The notes: generated by a model from the sequence alone, not told the origin. DNA of 64,000 nt from Amoeboaphelidium protococcarum X5 (GCA_023515725.1 JALDTO010000215.1:62001-126000), one strand, 5' to 3'; shown: positions 13,328 through 32,843, counted from the first letter of the stretch. Numbers and translations: made by a program.

Positions 13328-14398
13328 TCATTCAACGGCAACTTCTTTACCAGTTCGCCAATGACCGGCAGAGGTGAGCCATCCCAGAAGTGTTAGAGGA
13401 GCAAATTTACGCGGCGCCGGTATTACCTTCTCTATGGAATGCTCATCTATCAACGCCATCTAACCATCCATGAATCTATATACAAACACGCCATTGTAAA
13501 TGATTTTCTGCTCAATTATATTCTAATCCGAGGGTAATCTACCAATTTCACCGGAATTAGGACTGCTGTGATTAAAGTTGCCACCCATAAGATTTCCGAT
13601 TGACTTGAGTCTTGATGTCAACCAGTGGCTGGCGATAGAAGCGCGACTGATACCCTCAAATTGCCAGTGGATTGACACCTTACCAACACTATCACTCGCG
13701 TTTATAGAGTTTGAACCACCACTTAATCCTACTGAAGATGATGATTAAGCCGCTCGCAACTCACCAAGCGACTCTGCGCGAGGATGCATCACTATATTCG
13801 TAATCTTAAATTGATACTACTAGCAATAGACACTGAGGACTGATCTGGTTGCACTCATTAACCATTCATATTTTTTCAATCCGGCGAGATGCAACCTGTA
13901 ATGATGTGGTTCCCTAATAACAATATCAGGATGATAAATACTCGTATCCAGCTAGTCTAACTAATCAAAATCCTCCTCTGTGATATCTGCATCTGTCTCC
14001 GTGGAATAATCGCGCTAATTATTACCATTCCATGCTGTGGTGTGATTAGAATTGTAAGAGAAATATCTAGGCAGTTGATAGCGAAGCACTTCAATAGCAT
14101 GGCCTATGCGTCTGTTCCTTTCCAAAGGCTATTTGTCTATACCGTCATCTTGATCATCTTAGTTATCAACATACTAAACGCCAGATGGCTCATTGGCAGA
14201 GGGATGGAATTTCTAATGTGTAGTGCCTAATGTCGCGTTCCCAGTATGATCAGATTCAATCTTCTTAATTTACTATTATTAGACTACATGTCTGACTGAT
14301 ACGTACCCAAAAGGCTTCAACTATATTGGCTTAATTATCTGTCTAATCCATTAACTCTCCATTGCATTGCATTTCAATACATCCTTACCGCCATTCAT
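13328..14398 (-). CDS. DUF2358/C6orf136-like protein
   Basis: Start and stop in frame for 356 codons; LRYQLPRYF and IYHPDIV motifs resemble the family. Confidence 0.55.
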
Positions 14399-14592
14399 TT
14401 GTAACTATTAATAAACTTTTTACGAGTTGATATTTATCAACGGGAATAAGTTTTGCTCTATCACTTTCTCTCTACAACTCAGAGAAAACTGGTTATAACA
14501 ATATCAAAAGTTGATCAATATAATTATTATAAAAAATATAATCAATAATAGAGAGTAAAAGAAATCAAATTTATAAAGCCATCCGCTGTTCA

Positions 14593-15855
14593 TCAAGACA
14601 GAATAGAGCTACCAGTCTTGGCAACGTTATCCAACAAAAGACGGCTGACAATGACACGCTGAATCTGCGCAGTTCCCTCATAGATCTAAAAAATCTTGGC
14701 ATCACGCATCAACTTCTCCACCGGATACTCAGAGTTAAAGCCATTTCCACCAAAGATTTGAACAGCATCAGCGGCATTCTTGTTTGCAATATCACCTGCA
14801 TAAGCCTTGGCGATAGAGGCATAGTAAGTATTTCTCTTACCCTCATCGTACGTGCGCGCACTGCGCCAAACCATCAATCTGGCCAATTCAACGCCCATGG
14901 CCATCTCAGCTAGCATGAAAGCTACAGCCTGGTGCTCACAGATTGGCTTACCCATAGTCTTTCTCTCCATGCTGTACTTGGTGGCCTCCTCCAGAGCACG
15001 TCTTGCCAGACCAACTGCACCACTAGCCACAGCTGGTCTTGTGATATCAAAGGCACCCATAGCAATCTTAAATCCCTGTCCAACATCACCCAGTCTGTTC
15101 TCATCCGGAATCTCCACATCCTCAAAGGTGATGCCACGAGTATCGGAACAACGCTGACCCATGTTCAACTCCTTCTTACCGACTGTAACACCAGGAGCAT
15201 TGGCATCAACAACGAATCCAGTAAATGCTTTACCAGCCGGTGCACTGGCATCAGTCTTTGCCAGCAAGAAATACCAGTTGGCCTTTCCACCATTGGTGAT
15301 CCACATCTTCTAGCCATTGACCACCCACTTGTCTCCCTTCTTCACAGCCATAGTTCTTGCACCGGCCACATCACTACCCGCTTGAGGTTCAGTAACACAG
15401 TAGCCAGCCATAAGAGGTTCCTCAGTCATTCTACCCAAATACTTCTTCTTCAACTGGTCATACTTTGGATCAGTGACCACATGCAGCGGTGCTTGAGCTA
15501 AACTATTAGCCTCAATAGCAGTCTACATACCAGTACAACCGTACGCCAACTCTTCAGTGATAATACAAGAGTCAAGTACACCCAGTCCAAGACCGCCAAA
15601 TTTCTCTGGAATATGAGTGTTCATCAGGCCCAGTTCCCAGCATTTTTTGATAATCTCCACAGGGTACTCACCAGTTCTATCATGCTCTGCTGCATTAGGG
15701 ATAATGTGCTCAGCGGTAAACTTGCGAGCCAATTCCTGGTATTCCTTCTACTCGGCAGTCAGATTGAATCCAATATACTCTGCAGCAGGCAACTTGGCCT
15801 TTGCCAATCTAGAAGCAGATCCCGATATAAACTGCTTTCTCAACAAGCTATTCAT
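14593..15855 (-). CDS. ACADM: Medium-chain acyl-CoA dehydrogenase, mitochondrial
   Basis: [58 protein letters not shown] (conserved Q as TAG). Confidence 0.97.
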
Positions 15856-16064
15856 CTTTGTTACTACTTTAAGGACTAACAAAAAGTCAAATTTATATTC
15901 AACACACTGCGTGAAATTAAAAAAAACTTTGGAGGAAAGAAAAGGAAAGAGAGGAAAGAGGAGAAATAAGATTCCAAGCAAGGCAAACGTCATTGTGGTC
16001 GCCTCGACAACGATGATGCCTCGAAAGTATTTCGTCGCTCCTTTGTCTCTCTTTATATCCCTTC

Positions 16065-16120
16065 ACGCGTTTAAAGGGAATACACTTTTCGCGTGTCCCG
16101 TCGTTTGTTCTCTTACGCGC
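16065..16120 (+). promoter_or_regulatory. Cluster of MCB/E2F-like CGCG elements upstream of RNase H2A
   Basis: ACGCGT, TTTCGCG and ACGCGC within 56 bp, 115-170 bp before the ATG. Confidence 0.3.
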
Positions 16121-16233
16121 TCTGAAGCAGTGTGGTCCACTTTGTTTCAGTCCTAGTAAATACTTATTACATTCTTATTCATTTTCTTTATTATTACTTT
16201 TGCATATTCTTGATACTTGTATAACATATCGAA

Positions 16234-17329
16234 ATGAAGACATTTACGGTGCATAAATTTTCCTAGTCAAGTGATGATAATAAACTGGATTTGAAAGACC
16301 AAGAGGAATACTGTATGGGCATTGATGAGGCAGGTAAGTGCGTCCAATACGAGATCGTATCCACAATTTACTATAAACTTAATGTATGAATTATGTAGGG
16401 AGAGGCCCAGTTCTGGGACCAATGGTATATGCTGTGGCTTATTGTAAACTCTCTGATAGATAGAAGTTGAATGATGTCGGGTTCGATGATAGTAAAAAGT
16501 TGTCAGAGTAGCAGAGAGATGAAATGTTTCAGAGCATAAGTGAGAGCGACTGGTTGCAGTACTCCTGCACGGTACTCAGTCCTCAGGATATCTCTAATAA
16601 GATGTTGCGACGATCAAAGTACAATCTAAATCAACTAAGTTTTGACACTGCAATTGATTTAGTGCGCCATGCATTAAGTAACGGCTATAACATTACTGAA
16701 GTAAGATTGTTTATGAATTTAAATGTCAGACTCGATCATTGTTTAACTTTCCGTCATTAAAAGTGTAGTTGTATGTTGATACAGTGGGAAGTCCGTAGAA
16801 ATATACAGAATTATTGCGCAAGACATTCCCATCAATTGACAAGATTTGCGTTGAGAGTAAGGCTGATGCAAAGTACGCGATTGTGAGTGCGGCATCAATC
16901 TGTGCCAAAGTGACGCGCGATGCTCAACTGAAACAGTGGAAGTTTCGCGAGAATAGTTTCACCAGTGTCGGTGAGATGGGCTGTGGATACCCGTCTGATC
17001 CTATCACTAAACAATGGCTCAGGGATAATTTTGATCCTGTATTTGGATTTCCGTCCCTGATCAGGTTTAGTTGGGCCACCTGTTATAACTACATTAATGA
17101 TAATGGTGTTGCAGTATTTTGGCCATTGGAGGAACAGGACCAGGAGAATCAAGCCGTGGCAGCTGGCAAGAAGAGGAAACAATCATCATCTTAATCTTCA
17201 TAATAGACGACTCTCAAGATGGATCAAGCAGTTAGTACTTCCACTACGAACAATAAGGATGATACAAAAATGAAGTCTGCTTTTATGCAATCAATCAAGG
17301 CAAATCTATTACAAGAGTTCAAACTGTGA
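16234..17329 (+). CDS. RNH201: Ribonuclease H2 catalytic subunit A; introns 16334-16398 and 16701-16768
   Basis: GIDEAG/RGPVLGPMVY, DDSKKL, YVDTVG, KADAKYAIVSAASICAKVTRD, GYPSDP. Confidence 0.96.
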
Positions 17330-17385
17330 TGTAAATGATGACTACCGCTAATATGTACAAATACTGGGTATAATAACATTCCACT

Positions 17386-18501
17386 TCAGTTTCCTAAACC
17401 CCTTCCTCTACCCCTCATAGTGGCAGCGATAGGTTCCTTAATTCCGTTCGATCCCTCATTACCCAGAGATTAACCAGTCGACCAACCCATTTTGGTGAGT
17501 AACTGATGACCAACATTAGTGCTAGCTAACGGCTAAGCGTTCTACCCGACAACTTTACCGTGTTAAGTCTTTATAGCATCACCATCATCTTTAGACTTTC
17601 TACCAGACGGCCTGGATCCATTACTCACAGACTATCTCTTTCCAGACTTCTACTGCCTAACACCCTTTTACTATTACGCACCTTTAGACTTTCGTCTCTG
17701 CTATTATTACATCTATAGATTAGACTTCGACTTTTAATGACCACCAGGCTTTCTGCCAACTTTTCTCATAGCCTTCTTACTTAGTCTCAAAGCCTTTTCA
17801 TAATTTGCATCATCATCAAAACTGTCGTAATCGAGATGATAAACGTCCCTCTACCGTCTTTACTTTGGAGCAGATGTATTCTATTCACCTTTCATCTGCA
17901 TACAAAGTTTGTTAATATGACCAACATCATGGGAGAAGAGTTCAGATTTTAGCAAATGAAGTGCGCCGTCATACTTGGAGCAGATTGAGATCTCCTTCAA
18001 GTCCATAACCAAATCAATCAACTTACTCCTAATACGTTTAGTCAAACTCTCAGCTTGTACAATAAATAGGCTTTAATTATCATCCAATAGATATCGCTCA
18101 ACTTCAGTCAATGCAATATCCATCTTGCGTCTATCATTATTCTATTTATCGGAGGTGGTTGACATCATATTAGCATCTAGAGGTATAAAGTCAGCATCAG
18201 AGCCATTAAGAACGTTTTGCATATAATCAGCCAGAGCTTCATCATCTATAACATCTCCATCCATACCACTATCGTCATCATCATCATTATCCTCTGTATC
18301 TTCAAAATAATCACCCTCATATGAGCCACTATCTTGACTATCTTCCAAATCTGAATCATCGTCATCAAATGCGAGCTCCTAATCCATCTAAATCTTCAAT
18401 TCCTTCTTCATGTTTCTATCCAAATATCGACTAATCTAAGGAAGATCCACCGTCTCTGTAATATCTTCAGCGTACTCTAATTCAGCGTATTCCAATTCCA
18501 T
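17386..18501 (-). CDS. G-patch domain protein (Sqs1-like) with acidic N-terminus
   Basis: C-terminal NVGHQLLTKMGWSTGQSLGNEGSNGIKEPI...RGLG; DDEALADYMQN. Confidence 0.75.
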
Positions 18502-18824
18502 ATTGTCCAAATTTCTGATGTAATACTATTAAAAGTGATCTAATGAGAAGACTGTACGAAGAAGAATCGTTCTCTTACACACACGCTCTCGATTTTAACA
18601 AAAGAGAGGCATACACACACGCTCAAGGAAAGGAGAGAGGGTAACAGATGAAAGAACAGACTGGCTCAACGAGGTCGTTCGGAATTGAAATGGACGACGA
18701 CGCGAATTGGAAAGTCTCGTTCTACTCAGTCGGACGCTTCAGCTTTTCCTTCTCTATTTCCAAGGCTTATTTTACTTAACGACTAGTACATCACAAGTTT
18801 AGCTTGTTAGTTAAACATCATAGT

Positions 18825-23585
<4,761 letters not shown>

Positions 23586-23759
23586 ATTAAAGATGAATTT
23601 ACAGATTTAATACCATAAATCACTTCAGCTTATTCAGTCGTTAGAATCTTTCGCTCATTGTTCGGCATTTGATCTTATCGATTTTCATCTTCGGCTTTAA
23701 ATTGCCTTCTCTTACTGTCCAATTACCAAAAGTTAGTTTAATATCAAAAGTAAACAATT

Positions 23760-25007
23760 ATGTCGTAGGAAAATCATTTGGAGACTATTGCAAAAAGTGT
23801 GGAGCACATGAAGGTGGCTAGTAATTAGCCTGTGAACAATGCTGCAGACGGTATGTCTTTTGAAGAGAAGATGGACTTGATCACCCGCAATCTGCAGGAA
23901 GTCCTGGGCCGCGATCAAATTGAGGCTGTGGTGAGGGAACGTTCGCTGAAGATGTATTGGGGAACAGCTACTACGGGAAAGCCTCATATTGGATATTTAG
24001 TACCTCTGAGTAAACTCGCCGACTTTCTACATGCTGGCTGTGTGGTCAAGATTTTGCTGGCCGATCTGCACGCGTATCTGGACAATCAAAAGGCGCCATG
24101 GGAGTTGCTCACCTACAGAATCAAGTATTATCGCGCTCTGATTGAAAAGACTTTATTAGCTCTTGGTGTACCTATTGATTAGTTGCAATTTGTTGTGGGA
24201 ACCTCGTTTTAGCTGAGCGAGAAGTACACGCTGGACAGTTATCGATTGGCGTCAGTAGTGACTGAGCATGATGCGCGTAAAGCCGGCTCTGAGGTTGTGA
24301 AGAATGTCGAACATCCGCTTCTTAGTGGCCTCATTTATCCAGGATTGCAAGCACTGGATGAAGAGTATCTGGATGTGGACGCCCAGTTTGGAGGCACGGA
24401 TTAGCGAAAGATCTTTACCTATGCCGAGAAGTATCTACCCGTGCTGGGCTATAAGAAGCGAGCGCATCTGATGAACTTTATGGTTCCCGGACTGATGGGC
24501 TCCAAGATGAGTTCATCTGATGTTGATAGCAAGATCGACTTATTGGATGATGCCAAGACAGTGGAAAAGAAGATCAAGAAGGCGTTCTGTGAGGAGGGTA
24601 ATGTCGAAGATAATGGCCTGCTTTCATTTGCCAAGTTTGTGCTATTCCCGCTGTACTCTCTGCAGAAGAAGACTGAGGGTCTAGTTATTACGAGAAAGGC
24701 AGAGTGGGGAGGTGATTTGCAATTTGGCACGTATCAAGAGCTTCATGACCAGTTTGCTAGCAAGTAACTGCACCCAGCTGATTTGAAGAAAGGTATCGCT
24801 GATGCAATCAATAGCCTTCTGACTCCAATACGCGAAATGTGGAATGCTGATCCTGAGCTGGTGAAGCTGACCGAGTTGGCTTATCCTCCACCTCCACCGC
24901 CTGTGAAGGCTGAGAAGGTATCCAAGAAGCAGTAGAAGAAGTAACAGTCAGCTTAAAAGGCTTCTGTGCAAATATCAGACGCGTCCGCCTAGTAAGACAC
25001 TGCTTGA
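23760..25007 (+). CDS. TYS1: Cytoplasmic tyrosyl-tRNA synthetase
   Basis: [35 protein letters not shown] (Q as TAG), KMSSS. Confidence 0.97.
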
Positions 25008-25914
25008 TGTATAACTAATATAGTCAGGCTTCATAATAACTGTTTTGCTTCCTTTATTATATTTTAGTGTTACTATTAGATGTACAGTGCTATACGCGAT
25101 CACCTGCTCGATTTGAATCTGACAATCTCCCATCAGAATATTCAATGCAGTTACTGTATAGAGACACATGTATTGCAACAATGAAATACTTTACCGACTG
25201 ATAAATGTACACACAAAGTTAGACAAGGCACAAACATATAGTTCCATATTAAAAAGTCAATGACACGCATCTAAAGATGGAGTGTATAGGTTGCCGCAGT
25301 CTTAAGACTAATAATCACGCTATTGATCAAGCCCCTTAATGAGCGACAGACAGACAGGACTGGACGCGTTGAGATTGAGAGATGTCGCCTCCATCGGATC
25401 AACCTCCGACATTTTCTCTCCGCTCCGAAAAAAACTAGTATAAACATCTCTTGGTAGATAAGAAGATCCATTCGATTGCACAAAGACATACTTACAACGT
25501 AATCAAATACGCACAGTTTATTTTTATCGCTGCTACTGCAACACTAGTCTATTGTGTCTGCCGCTGAATACTCTATAGCATTGTTATTTTATCAATTATT
25601 GTCTGATAGGAGTTTATTTGTATACCATCTCCTGCAATCTACCTACCCAGTAACTAATATTGTGAAGAAGAGATTTCTGTTTTTTGATCAAGATTTTGTG
25701 CATCTCATTCTTATTAGCAAATATTTGGATTGTACAAGTATTATTATCTGATACAATTGAATCTCTGCTGGTATTACATATTTATACTTTGTCTTTATTT
25801 ACTGGAACAAGATTAACTCCCCAGGTTTAGATTGTATTATTATACATATTTTATACCGTCTACTCCGCTTATACATAGTAAGTTATATATTATACAAAGT
25901 CAGATTAACTGAAG

Positions 25915-26826
25915 ATGCCTACCACTAGAAGTGGGAAACAGAGCAATGGTGACCTGCCTAAGGATGCTCCGCTGAGTAAAAAGAAGACGACTGCCGAGAT
26001 TGTGGATCTTGACCATAAATCGACTAATTATTTCCTATTTACAGACATGACACCGAATAGCTCTGTGCTCTGGGTGAGTCCATCGGTCACTGATCTGACT
26101 GGATTCACACAAGAAGAGATGATTGGGAAGAGTTCATATGCCTTCTTCCATCCGGATGAGATTGAGGCTATACAGCGAAATCATGTGGTCAATCTATCCG
26201 AGTCTGTTATTGCGCGTATAATGACTGTGCGTTTTTTGAATAAGAGTCCAGATGGGCAGCTGTTTTATCGTAAAATGGATTTTCTCATAAACACATGCTA
26301 TGACTGCTGTGTAGTTGTCGGTGCACATCATGAGTTTAATGCCAACAGTATATCGTTCCGGTAATCGGCAGAGGATATTGTCAAGATTGGTCCGCAGGGA
26401 TTGATTGAGGTTGAGAACTGGTCCACTAGGAAGACTGTGATTATGTAGATGCTTTCTGACACTCTGACGTGGGAAAATCAGGCAGATTCTTTAAAAGAGC
26501 CTCGTGTCTGCCTCATACTGAATAGATACACGTACAAGGCCACGATAATGTTTGCCAGCATGGGATCACAGGAAGTGCTTGAACACTCTGACTAGGAGCT
26601 GATTGGATAGAGTTTCTTTGACTTTATTATAAACACGCCAAGTGATGAGTCTCATGGTATCAGTACACTTGAACGTGTGAGACATGATGTGGATTACGTA
26701 AAGAGTTGTTACAACGTGAATCATTTGAGTTTTGATTGGCAGTCTTCCCCCTCTCCTGTGCATTGTGAAGCTGTTATGACTGCCACATGGGATGGCATAG
26801 TCTGTGTTATAAGGCGCAAAACGTGA
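25915..26826 (+). CDS. Tandem PAS-domain protein with no recognisable output domain
   Basis: WVSPSVTDLTGFTQEEMIGKSSYAFFHPDE; second PAS EPRVCLILNRYT...LIGQSFFDFI. Confidence 0.85.
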
Positions 26827-27993
26827 ATTTTAGTTTGTAATAATAGAACATACCGTAACTATTCATTCAGAATATTCGATGAAATTTCGGCTTCATTTGC
26901 TTAGCCCTATAGCTGGGAACGGTGTTCCATGTAGTGGCTTCCACTTAAAGGTACGCGGACGCCTCCTCTTACCTGAGATTAACGCGCCGCAGTCTTCGCC
27001 TTATTTTTGACAGTCTTTCCGTGTCAATCCTACCGAGTCAACAAACAAATCGTCTTGTTTTTTAATGACCGACGGTTCCTCTCCCTGATTCCGGTTGGTT
27101 ATTGAGGATGAGATGGAGCAGAGTGGTCGTTTAACCTGCGCTATGGATTCACATAATGTGAAGCTTAAAATTTTACTTTGGGCACCGCTGACTTTGCTAA
27201 TGATTCGCTGGAACCACTGTAAATGTGGCAGGCGAACTAGCGAAAACAGATCACCATAGAGAGGGTCCGTCGGATTAACTGCCAATTTTAATGATTCTGT
27301 TTAAAATGAAAGGGAAGCTCTATACGCCAAATATAGAAATTATTGGCCCTAAATATTATCTGGCTGGTTTTACGGTGTAGACATTGCAAGTCTGCGTCTA
27401 CTATTATATGTGGAACTTGTCGCTGTGTTTCGATGCTCGTCAATGCACGCTTAATCAGTGTCGCTGCGATTAGTCAGTCACTTTGATGAGTGTCTGAAGC
27501 CATTTTATCAAATTCTCTCCTGCTTCTTGTGAGATTGAGTTTATAGAATAGAAGGTTATAGATATAGATGGTAACGCTTGAATGATGATGATTTAAGTTA
27601 ACAGCGTTGATCTTCACTGGCTCAGCACATTATGGTGCTGTGTTGTGTTGTGTGCTTGAGCATGTGATTGTCTAGATTTCTGGCTCATAGCTGCGAGTGA
27701 TGATTGTTTTAATTCACATGCCTGCAAAGTTGAGATACTTTCCACCAGAGTGCCTCTATTCGCAGGTTGTACTTTACTGCCCTTATCGATCAGGTCAATG
27801 CTTTGGTTTGTCAACTAGTTTTATGATGCTGATGTATTTAAATACTGCTGATATTTATTTAAATTAAATGCCCATGAGCAAATAGATTCTATTTAACAAA
27901 TCCTTAAGTCAAAATCTTAACAACTCTTACTTTCTCTCGCATGATGTACAATTTGTGCAAATCTATTTAATCAGACTACAAGAAGGCTATAAA

Positions 27994-30564
27994 TCAAAGA
28001 CGATCTCTACGTTCTAATCTAGGCGTAAATTCTCTTTCACTATGACTGACATCAAAAGGTGATACTGCTCTGTTAGATTTCTTGGATCCACTATTATCAG
28101 ATCCATCATCGCCGCCATTGCCGCTATCCATTTACACCATCTCCACGTCCACATCCGAGCCATTATCCTCCCTAATCTCAAATGGGAGCGGAATCTCCTT
28201 GATGGCTCTAAACTGACCGCAGTTGTTCAAGTGCTCATTCTCCATTCGGAAGAAATTCCACTGGAATCTTCTCAAAATTTCCATTAAGGCCAATGCATAA
28301 AGCAGAGCTCTAATATCAATACTCTATCCCCATAGACCGACAGATACCTGCCACACCCACGATATCCTGAGAAAGAAATTACTCACAATCGCAAAATAAT
28401 ACACCCACTTATGCTCGTAAAACAGATCATTTCGCAAGTACTTGTTCTTTGATCCCTTGGCAAAGAAACCCCAATCCATCAGAATGTCCCAATTGTAAGC
28501 GTAACACGTCGTGAGAATGGTAGAAATGATCCATATAGTCAGAGTGGCTGTGGTCCTATTCTGATTATAAATCATAGAGAGCCATCCAGTGAGCATCGCG
28601 ACAAAATACTTGCCTCCATTGACAAGATGAGGAAACGCTAGACGGGTATCATACCAACGACGCAGACACTATAAAAATCTAATCCATGACGGAAGGAGAT
28701 TGATGGCCGGAGAGAACGCAGCTGCACCGATATTACACACTTTGGCAGTATCATTAAAATCATTAATGTAAACACAGACGAATAGCTATATACTAGATAG
28801 GAAATAAACCATAGAACACAGTTCATCAGCGATAAAGAAATCTCTATACTCCACAGCATACGTGGGGGACACCAGCAATCGGAATAATGTCTGCAACATC
28901 CATCTACGAGAAGTCCAATAAAACAAAGGTACCGGGGTGACAAGAAGTACGACAACTACGCATAGAAATATCAAAGGATAGTACAACCTGATATCAAAGA
29001 AGGATTCGAATGGATTCGCAAAGGTGAGATAGACAAAATAACTCCACACCATGAACAGGAAAGCTCCAAACTCGGTAAACTAATGATAATCTAGATTATC
29101 TCGCGGATCCAATTCAAAGATAAATTTGTAATTAATATTAGCCATTGTCCAGCCATACTGATTAATAGCAAACAAGAACATGAATATAATCGGTATACTA
29201 AACCCGGCATAAATTTGAACGAGATCTGATGTCTCTGGAAATCTCTAGCGATAGTCAAGATCAATCAGCTGCGCAAAAGTCCTAACCAGCACAGGAATAG
29301 AGAGTCCGATGTAAAGACCAATCCTCCACATGGTGCTATGATGAGTCTTCTACTTGTAATTAGGGAGCCGCAACTGCTACCTTGCCTCCTTCTTATTACC
29401 GCCAGCGAAAAACTTGAGAAATAACTACTCTGTCTGAGATAGAAATCCATCAATAACATTGGAAGTATGAAAGTATTTCGCATCGACTTTGTGCATGTAC
29501 AACGCCTAACTCTTCCATCCGGCAGTCTTGTCAAACTTTTTCAAAATCTTCACGAATCCAGTGTAATTTAGAATCTGGAAATTCTTCAACAATTCAAGAT
29601 AGCGATAATACTCCATCAGAGCATTTCTTAACTAAGCTTTAGCATTTTTAGACGATTTAAATGCGCGCTTATAATTCAAAGAGAAGGCACCAGAGCGAAT
29701 AGTCATCAGATTCTACTCTTCATTATCAGCTGCCGATTATGCACCTCCAGCTCCGCCTTGGGTATTATTATTACTATTATCTTCGGCCGATCCTGCTACA
29801 TAACCTGACTTTTACAGCTGCTTCTTCTTTACGACTTCCTCCTCGTAAATTGCACATTAATTCTAAAGCGTCTCCAACTTTTGTCGACAGTCATTCTCTC
29901 TCTGGACATAGAAATCATTAATCTTCTCCAATTCTTCATCCAAAAACTAAAAAAACTTGCGCTCCTATTCACTTTTAGTAGCCAGAATTGATTATAAAGT
30001 TTCCGCCTCATCCATGGGCTTAACTCCAAGAGGAGATACAACATTGGTTTAATATTAAGAGCGACTGCGTCCACGGGCTCTATCGATAAAATTTCTAATT
30101 GACGGTGAATATCTCAGTTTAGATGGAGAAGGTGCCTATTGTTATTACTACAGATTTTCCTTTGTAGACTTGCTCTTGATAGTATCCTTTGTGTCCACAG
30201 TTAATTGCTTTTGACTTCCTCCATCCACAGCTAAAGGATCGGACTTTGCAGCGGACACCGCATTCAGGTACTTTTCACTAAAATCACTTTTCAAACTATC
30301 AGACCTGGATGGCAAATTCTAGTTACTCGAGGATTATTGCTATAATTTATCACCACTTCCAAGAAATGGAGATGGTAATCTAGTGAAAAATATTGAATTT
30401 TGCCTCTGCAGCCCAGACGTAGAAGATTGAGACGACTCCCTCTATGCCCTCTCCATGGCAATTTTCTCAATAACCTTGAGCAGCTTCTTCATATATTTGT
30501 AATTAATGTACTTTCGCCTCCATTCAGGCACACTTTCTGCCGCCAAATATTTAGCGAATTTCAT
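27994..30564 (-). CDS. SYG1: SPX-EXS phosphate exporter (XPR1/Syg1 family)
   Basis: MKFAKYL...[11 protein letters not shown] (SPX); [15 protein letters not shown]; [10 protein letters not shown]; [22 protein letters not shown]. Confidence 0.96.
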
Positions 30565-30849
30565 ACTAATAATATTTACTGAAAATTGCAGAGTGATTAC
30601 AATGAGAAGGGGAAAAAAGAAAAATTGTCTTGATCAGATTCATTCCTTCTTACTTTTCTTTCACATGATCCGTAAACTTGGTGTAACGTTCCAGTTGCTT
30701 GCTCTGTAAAATCGTCGTTTCAGGTTTGATTCGATTCGGCCGATTTAAAAATATCGAACGACTACAATGGTCATTTCATAAAGCAAAAGCATTTTTTTCG
30801 TTTCAAGTTATTTCCTTTAGTATTGCGATTATAGTCACAGTGATGCTCA

Positions 30850-32601
30850 TCATAGAGAACATGGATGCATTCTCCATTGTTGTCTTAATGAGCGTTTGTT
30901 GATGGTCTATGCAACAACTTTATCAGAGTCTGTAGATGCCAGAGCATACGCGCCAACCATGGACTCAAATATGACAGTGTCATTCTATGATTCATGCATG
31001 ATCCATCTTTGATTGTTATTATCAATTGCCTTCTTCTCATAGCAAATCACGTCAAATTTAAACTTGTATACTGCCTGAAGAACAGAGAAACCACAAATGT
31101 CAAGTACTTACGACATGCTTGATTAGGCAAATAGGAATCCATCATTGAATGTCCACATTTACTCAGGTGCATTAATAAAAGGCTCTTCAACAGAAATATT
31201 GCCATTTCGCAATGTTAAAACTTTGCCATCAAATACGGAAACCAGGGTGAACACATCACTTTTCAGAGCACTTGAATTCAATGTCGGCTGAGTGGAATGA
31301 TAATCTTTCGCCGTTTCGATGGCAGGCAAGTCTTTATCAAAATGTGACGCGTTGATTTCTGTCGAGTCTTGCTCTTCATCACCACTTTCTTTATCACCAC
31401 TTTCTTCATTATCACTCTCCACGTCATCACGTTCATAGTCAAGACTGTTCAAAGTCAATTGTTCAATTGATGCTTCATCCTCGGAAGCTCCATCATCAGC
31501 TTCAATTTCAGAGGATTTTGAAGCAGCTGGTTGCCCATCAGTTTACTACAACTTTTTGCCTGATCGTGATTTCAAATGATAGACATCGCTCAATTCGCTC
31601 CACTACTTGCATTTAGAGCATTGCCATTTGATTTGGACGGTATGACTTGTTTTTGTATCCGCCTTGAATTTAATCAGTTTATCCTAAGTTTTAGCGCACA
31701 TCGTGGCATCGACTTTGATTTACATATGCCCCATCTTGCTTTAGACTTATTTTGAGGCGGACCATACAATTTGAGCCTCATCAGATGATTACTTGATCCA
31801 AAATACTTTCGCAATCTTCATCTGCGGGTGCTTTTTGCATGGCCTAAGCTGAGCAACACTGTCTTGGGCTGCTTAATAATTCTTAGTCGTTACCACACCG
31901 CGTGCATCCTTATCAACCTTAATAGAATTTCCCTTCTTATCCTCCGCAGGTCTTGGATTTTACTTGCCGGATAGTTTTACTGGTGCAACATTATCTATCC
32001 TTTGCTACTTGTCACTCTTGTTGTTGGAGGTGTTATTACGTTTACTAGCAGAATTCTCTCTTGAAGCATTATTTACCGAACTACCACCTTATTGATTATT
32101 AGATGAATGACTGCTCGAAAAGATTGACACCAGGAGCATGACATGACACAAAATATCGAAAAATTTACGGTGATGCGCGTCCGTAACCATTTCATTCTCT
32201 TCATGAGCAGCTGCATTTCCGACTTTGCGTAGCTAGTCAAGAGATGCCATAACCTGCAAATGATTATCAGGAGCATAAGGTAGAGTAGGGCCTTTGTAGA
32301 AAGTGTTCAGCGGAGACTTTTAGGTGATGCTCGCTATTCGGTCTGCAAAGGACGCGCCTTTACAGCTCAAACCGTATCCATCCTCAATCATAGATAGACA
32401 ACAGTGTACAATCTGACGCGTCTTTATCAGAGCATTTCGAAAGTCTGTCTTATGTAAAGCGTCTACAGCTGCATGGAGAAAATCATCAATACTTTTTACC
32501 AAGCTGGCATTGGACCTCATGATCTCCGTCTCACTCATAATCTGTTGCACAAACGATTCAAGCAGTCTCTATCTTTTCACACTTATTAATCCTGAGCTCA
32601 T
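30850..32601 (-). CDS. Uncharacterised protein with C-terminal ricin-B-type (QxW)3 lectin-like domain
   Basis: Start and stop in frame for 583 codons; EQMW, VLDI, NQRW and QQW repeats after an acidic linker. Confidence 0.6.
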
Positions 32602-32843
32602 TGTGAATTTATTTCAGTATTACAGAATTTATTAAAGACGACACAGTTAAACTTATGGATCAATGAAAAATAATGCTTATCGTAATATGAAGCACGTCGA
32701 TTTATTAATAGCTCACTTCTCTATCAATTGAAGTTGCAATTGTAGATCAAAATTGGAAACCAAAATTAAAATTCCAAATTGTGCATAGTAAACGGTGCAC
32801 CGCAGTCACATTTAAATCGTAAACTTCATATAAAAAATGCTAA

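Noticed and set aside
14852-15501. Long plus-strand ORFs here, at 37122-37568 and at 51999-52547
   Set aside because: Antisense shadows of ACADM, calmodulin and the NADH dehydrogenase
27113-27500. Open frame of about 129 codons between the PAS and SYG1 genes
   Set aside because: No recognisable motif; frames of this length arise readily by chance with a single stop codon
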